Source of the DNA: Macrostomum lignano | Taxonomy: Eukaryota | Length of the DNA: 64,000 nt | Direction: 5' to 3' | Assembly (NCBI GenBank): GCA_002269645.1 | Contig: NIVC01003085.1 | Span: 1-64,000, forward strand | Shown here: positions 60,001 through 64,000 of the stretch, piece by piece | How positions within the stretch are numbered: position 1 is the stretch's first letter | How the letters are laid out: each line of letters begins with the position of its first letter | Program-made: the position numbers and the translations under genes | The notes under the pieces: model-generated | What the model was told of the DNA's origin: nothing | Database searches by the model: none | Seen by the model: only the letters and a program-made list of their open reading frames with translations

Positions 60001-62572
60001 TTGAGCGGTATAGGGCGATTGAGGACCAGGAGGCAGTGAGTTCGGGGCTGGGGATGAGTAGTGGGATCGGGACTTCGCTAGTTGGGATCGGAACTTTGGT
60101 AGTTGGAATCAGGACTTTGATAGTTGGGATCAGGACTTTAGTAGTTGGGATCAGGACTTTGATAGTTGGGATCGGGACTTTGCTAGTTGGGATCGGGACT
60201 TCGATAGCTAGGATCGGGACTTTGGTAGTTGGGATCAGGACTTTAGTAGTTGGGATCAGGACTTTGATAGTTGGGATCAGGACTTTGATAGTTGGGGTCG
60301 GGACTTCGATAGTTGGGATCGGGACTTCCGTTAGTTGGGATTTGGACTTCCGTTAGTTGGGATCGAGACGTCGATAGTTGGGATCGAGACGTCGATAGTT
60401 GGGATCGAGACGTCGATAGTTGGGATCGGGACGTCGATAGTTGGAATCGGGACGTCGATAGTTGGGATCGGGACGTCGATAGTTGGGATCGGGACGTCGA
60501 TAGTTGGGATCGGGACGTCGATAGTAGGGATCGGGACGTCGATAGTAGGGATCGGGACTTTGGTATTTGGATCAAGACTTCCGTTAGTTGGGATCGGAAC
60601 TTCCGTTAATTGGGATCGGGACTTCCATTAGTTTGGATGGGGACTTCGATAGTTGGGATTTAGACTCAAATAGTTGGGATCGGGAGTCAGAGAGTTAGGA
60701 CCGGTGACTTATGAGTTCGGATTTTATGATCAGGGCTTAATAAATTGGGATCGGGAAACTCCGGCATGGAAACCCAGCAGTCACTGGAAAATAGTGTCGG
60801 ATGCGCTGCTCCCATCCGCAGCTGTCAACCGAAGCCGCCCGCATAGTATACGACTTCATCGGCATCAACGCGCCGCAGTGCGTCAATCTGGACGGCGCCA
60901 CGGTTGAGCAGCTTCGCGCCGATATTCTGGACGCCAGTCGGCCGCCGCCAAGTCGACACGCGTTCGACAAGGCGCAGCGGCACATCTACGATCTGATGCG
61001 GATGGACAGCTACGCCAGGTTCCTCAAGTCCAGCTGCTACCGGGAGGCTGTGGCCGCGGCCGCAGCACAGCGACAACAGCGACCGTTGACTATCGGGGCC
61101 GAGACTCTCGACAACGGCGGCGGGGCCAAGCGGCGCGGCTTCTTGGCGAGCTTGGTTCGCGGTGAGCTGGCCTTGCCACGGTCCTTACTCTCAGAGTCCC
61201 GATCCCTACTCCCAGTCCTGATCCCTACTCTCAGAGTCCTGATCCCTACTCTCAGAGTCCTGATCCCTACTCTCAGTCCCGATCCCTACTCCCAGTCCTG
61301 ATCCCTACTCTCAGTCCTGATCCCTACTCTCAGTCCTGATCCCTACTCTCAGTCCCGATCCCTACTTTCAGATTCCCAATCCCTGCTCTCGGAATCTTGA
61401 TCCCTACTTCTTAGTTTTTAATCCCAAATTTGAGTCCTAATTTTATTTAAATTCCAATCGCTTCTTAGCGCTTATTTCGGAAGGCCCCTTTTACTAGGAA
61501 TTAAAAATTGTGTAAATTTTTGGCTACTAAAACTTATTAAACAATTGTTTATACAGGCCGCACGCTGAGACGCCACTCCGATCAGCAGCAGCAGCACGGA
61601 TCTCGGTCACCGTCACCTCCGTCTGCATCAGCGCTGCCCACCGCTGCGGGCTGCTGCCGCGTTCAGCTGGCTGACGGCTCCTCGGCTCTGCTGGACGTTC
61701 GCGGCGCAGCCGGCCAGCAGCAGCGCAGCCTGCGCGAGGCCCTGCTAGATCTCTGCGAACGGCGCGGCCTCAACTTTGCCGCCGCTGAAGTCCGCGTGCT
61801 CAACGACGACGAGCCCGACGGTGTCAGCGGCAGCGGCGGTCTGGACGCTCCACTGTCGGCGTTCGCTGGCCGGCAAATCCGGATGGAACGGCGAGTTCTG
61901 TTCCGGCTAGAGCTGCCAGCCCCAGCCGGCCGGTGCGTCGGTGTCCGAGCTCGGCCAGCCAAATCGCTGCGTGACGTGCTGCGCCCGGTGTGCGGTCGGT
62001 ACGGCCTCCGCCTGGACCGGCTCGTGGTCTGCCGCGAGTCCGGCTTCGTGCCGCTGGGCCTGGACGCTCCGGTTGACTGCGTTGACGGCCTCCGCCTGTG
62101 CGCCCTGCCCAAGGAGGACTTTGTCGGTGAGTTGTGCGGCGTCTGTGGAGCAGGCAGACAAGAATGTTGCTCCCTGTTTCCGGGGGCGCAGTGAGATCAT
62201 GCTCTTTCCCTTATTAGATGGGGTCGTTCCTAACCAAAGAGAAGTCTCCGATTTCGCTTTAAAATATTTCGCGTATGCAAAAAGCCGCCTATTATGATTT
62301 ATTAACCGTTATAGTTACGTAACTTTAACCGCTGTGCTAAGCTAATCAATTAACCTAATTAATTAATCGTTAATCCTGTCACTATTTCGTTAACGCTTCG
62401 ACCCAGCGGATTTATTTGGCCGTATTTGCTTGCAGATTTTCACCTCTTTGGCGACAACAGGGTGCCGCCGCGCCGACGGCAAAACCACCAGCAGAAGTCG
62501 GCCGCCAGTGCGGTCAAAAGATCTAGCATTGGCCATGCGGTGCACAGGCTGCTTAAAAGCTCCTTTGCCTAG
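57021..62572 (+). CDS. RGS12: RGS12/loco-like protein: PDZ (~57080-57317), PTB (~57905-58962), RGS (59655-60035 and 60822-61161), tandem RBDs (61557-62126), last exon 62436-62572
   Basis: GYGFSISGQRPCVV (PDZ); LAFVCAYNEDARYFALLT..FGLNC (PTB); [54 protein letters not shown] (RGS); CCRVQLADG and FRLELP..KSLRDVLRPVCGRYGL (RBD1, RBD2). The start codon and the PDZ-PTB junction are uncertain. Confidence 0.88.
57420..57680. repeat. Degenerate G-rich intronic repeat (GGGGAATTTAAAGCGTGT)
   Basis: Read directly. Confidence 0.85.
58995..59400. repeat. Intronic ~16-bp repeat CTAGCTGGGATTCCCC
   Basis: Read directly. Confidence 0.9.
60060..60680. repeat. Intronic 21-bp minisatellite GATAGTTGGGATC(A/G)GGACTT(T/C)
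   Basis: Read directly. Confidence 0.95.
61185..61400. repeat. Intronic 19-21 bp minisatellite TACTCTCAGAGTCCTGATCCC (inverted relative of 60060-60680)
   Basis: Reverse complement GGGATCAGGACTCTGAGAGTA versus GGGATCAGGACTTTGATAGTT. Confidence 0.9.
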
Positions 62573-62594
62573 GCCTGTCTCTTTCATGTGCCCA

Positions 62595-62781
62595 TAGTCG
62601 TCTCTCATTGGCTGACAACCGGTGCTTGCACCCACCTCACTTCGTAGTCATCTCTCATTGGCTGATACCCCGTGCTTGCACCCACCTCACTTCGTAGTCG
62701 TCTCTCATTGGCTGATACCTCGTGCTTGCACCCACCTCACTTCGTAGTCGTCTCTCATTGGCTGATGCCTCGTGCTTGCAC
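62595..62781. repeat. 50-bp tandem repeat (~3.7 copies)
   Basis: TAGTCGTCTCTCATTGGCTGATACCTCGTGCTTGCACCCACCTCACTTCG. Confidence 0.93.
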
Positions 62782-63124
62782 TTAGTGCTGTAATATTTAA
62801 TGTTTTCTTCTTTTTTGTTTGTCCGCGATTTAATAGCAGTATTTTTAGCAAAAAAGTGGTTACAAAAATTCAAGTCGACGCATTTTGTCTTAACTTTTCT
62901 TTTTACTAATAATGCATTTTTGTAACATCCTGTTGTTTTTACGAGCTTGCGCGGCTGATCGAATTATAATTTCCAAGCGTTTTATGAAATTTTTAGAGAG
63001 CCTATTTGCTAAGAATATAAAGCTAGAATTTTATGATTGCTTTCATGCCTCCTACACGCAGCACGTTAAACTTTTTATGCTCTATTAGAATACGTTTCTA
63101 CCTAAAAAGATCGCTGCTCCTCAG

Positions 63125-63695
63125 CTGCCCCAGTTCCTACCTGCCCCAGTACCCACCTACCCCAGTTCCCACCTGACCTAGTTCCTATCTGACCCAGTTC
63201 CCACATGAACCAGTTCCCATCTGACCTAGTTCCTACCTGCCCCAGTTCCCACCTGCCCCATTTCCCACCTGCCCCAGTTCCCACCTGACCCAGTTCCCAC
63301 CTGCCCTAGTTCCTACCTGACCCAGTTCCCACATGACCCAGTTCCCACCTGACCCAGTTCCTACCTGCCCCTTCCCACCTGCCCCAGTTCCCACCTGACC
63401 CAGTTCCCACCTGACCCATTTCCCACCTGCCCCAGTTCCCACCTGACCCAGTTCCCACCTGCCCTAGTTCCTACCTGACCCAGTTCCCACATGACCCAGT
63501 TCCCACCTGACTCAGTTCCCACCTGCCCTAGTTCCTACAAGACCCAGTTCCCACATGACCCAGTTCCCACCTGACACAGTTCCCACCTGACCTAGTTCCT
63601 ACCTGCCCCAGTTCCCACCTGACCCAGTTCCCACCTGACCCAGTTCCCATCTGACCCAGTTCCCACCTGCCCAAGATCCCACCTGACCCAGTTCC
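63125..63695. repeat. 16-bp C-rich minisatellite CCCAGTTCCCACCTGA
   Basis: Read directly. Confidence 0.95.
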
Positions 63696-64000
63696 CTATC
63701 AGACATCAATGTTAAGATTTACTATCCAGTAATGTGTTCTATTGCAATCTTACAGCAGCTTCACTATTTTATAATCCCCATTGCCTCAGCAATGATATTT
63801 TCGTGTATATTTTTAACTTACTACTAACAGTAAATACGCGAGAATGTTTTCCCAATGCGAATTCAGTGAGTTTTTTAACAGGCTTCATTTAAAGCTGCCA
63901 GCTCAAAAGTTCGTCTAAGAGTGATTTAATTCTTTTATTCGTCAGCTTCTCTAGCGGCTCTGTTTCCATGGTTGTTACAAGTAATAGATTGGGTCGTTAG

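Overview
Eukaryotic (animal) genomic DNA: GC-rich exons separated by AT-rich, minisatellite-filled introns. The style resembles the flatworm Macrostomum, but that is inference only. Host genes: a REPS1/2-like EH-domain gene (1142-3689), a solitary replication-type histone H3 with two unusual substitutions (15251-15661), an unknown single-exon ORF (23408-24382, -), a possible small spliced gene (~33251-37342), an LRRC71-like gene (39736-52092) and an RGS12/loco-like PDZ-PTB-RGS-RBD-RBD gene (~57000-62572). The standout is a 5,960-bp fold-back element (7233-13192) bounded by a 6-bp target-site duplication (AGCATC). It is built only from one terminus and the protein-primed DNA polymerase B (pPolB) gene of a Maverick/Polinton, with ~2.3-kb near-identical inverted arms around a 1.36-kb spacer. 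A template-switch scar at the spacer edge suggests an integrated snap-back (copy-back) defective genome. Its pPolB carries three short GT-AG introns, one in each of catalytic motifs A, B and C, and after splicing the left copy is an uninterrupted ~880-codon frame. The window also holds a complete non-autonomous Helitron (25133-27448) plus related copies, multi-kb blocks almost devoid of CpG, and about 20 distinct minisatellite arrays. Most short ORFs in the supplied track are repeat or antisense artefacts.
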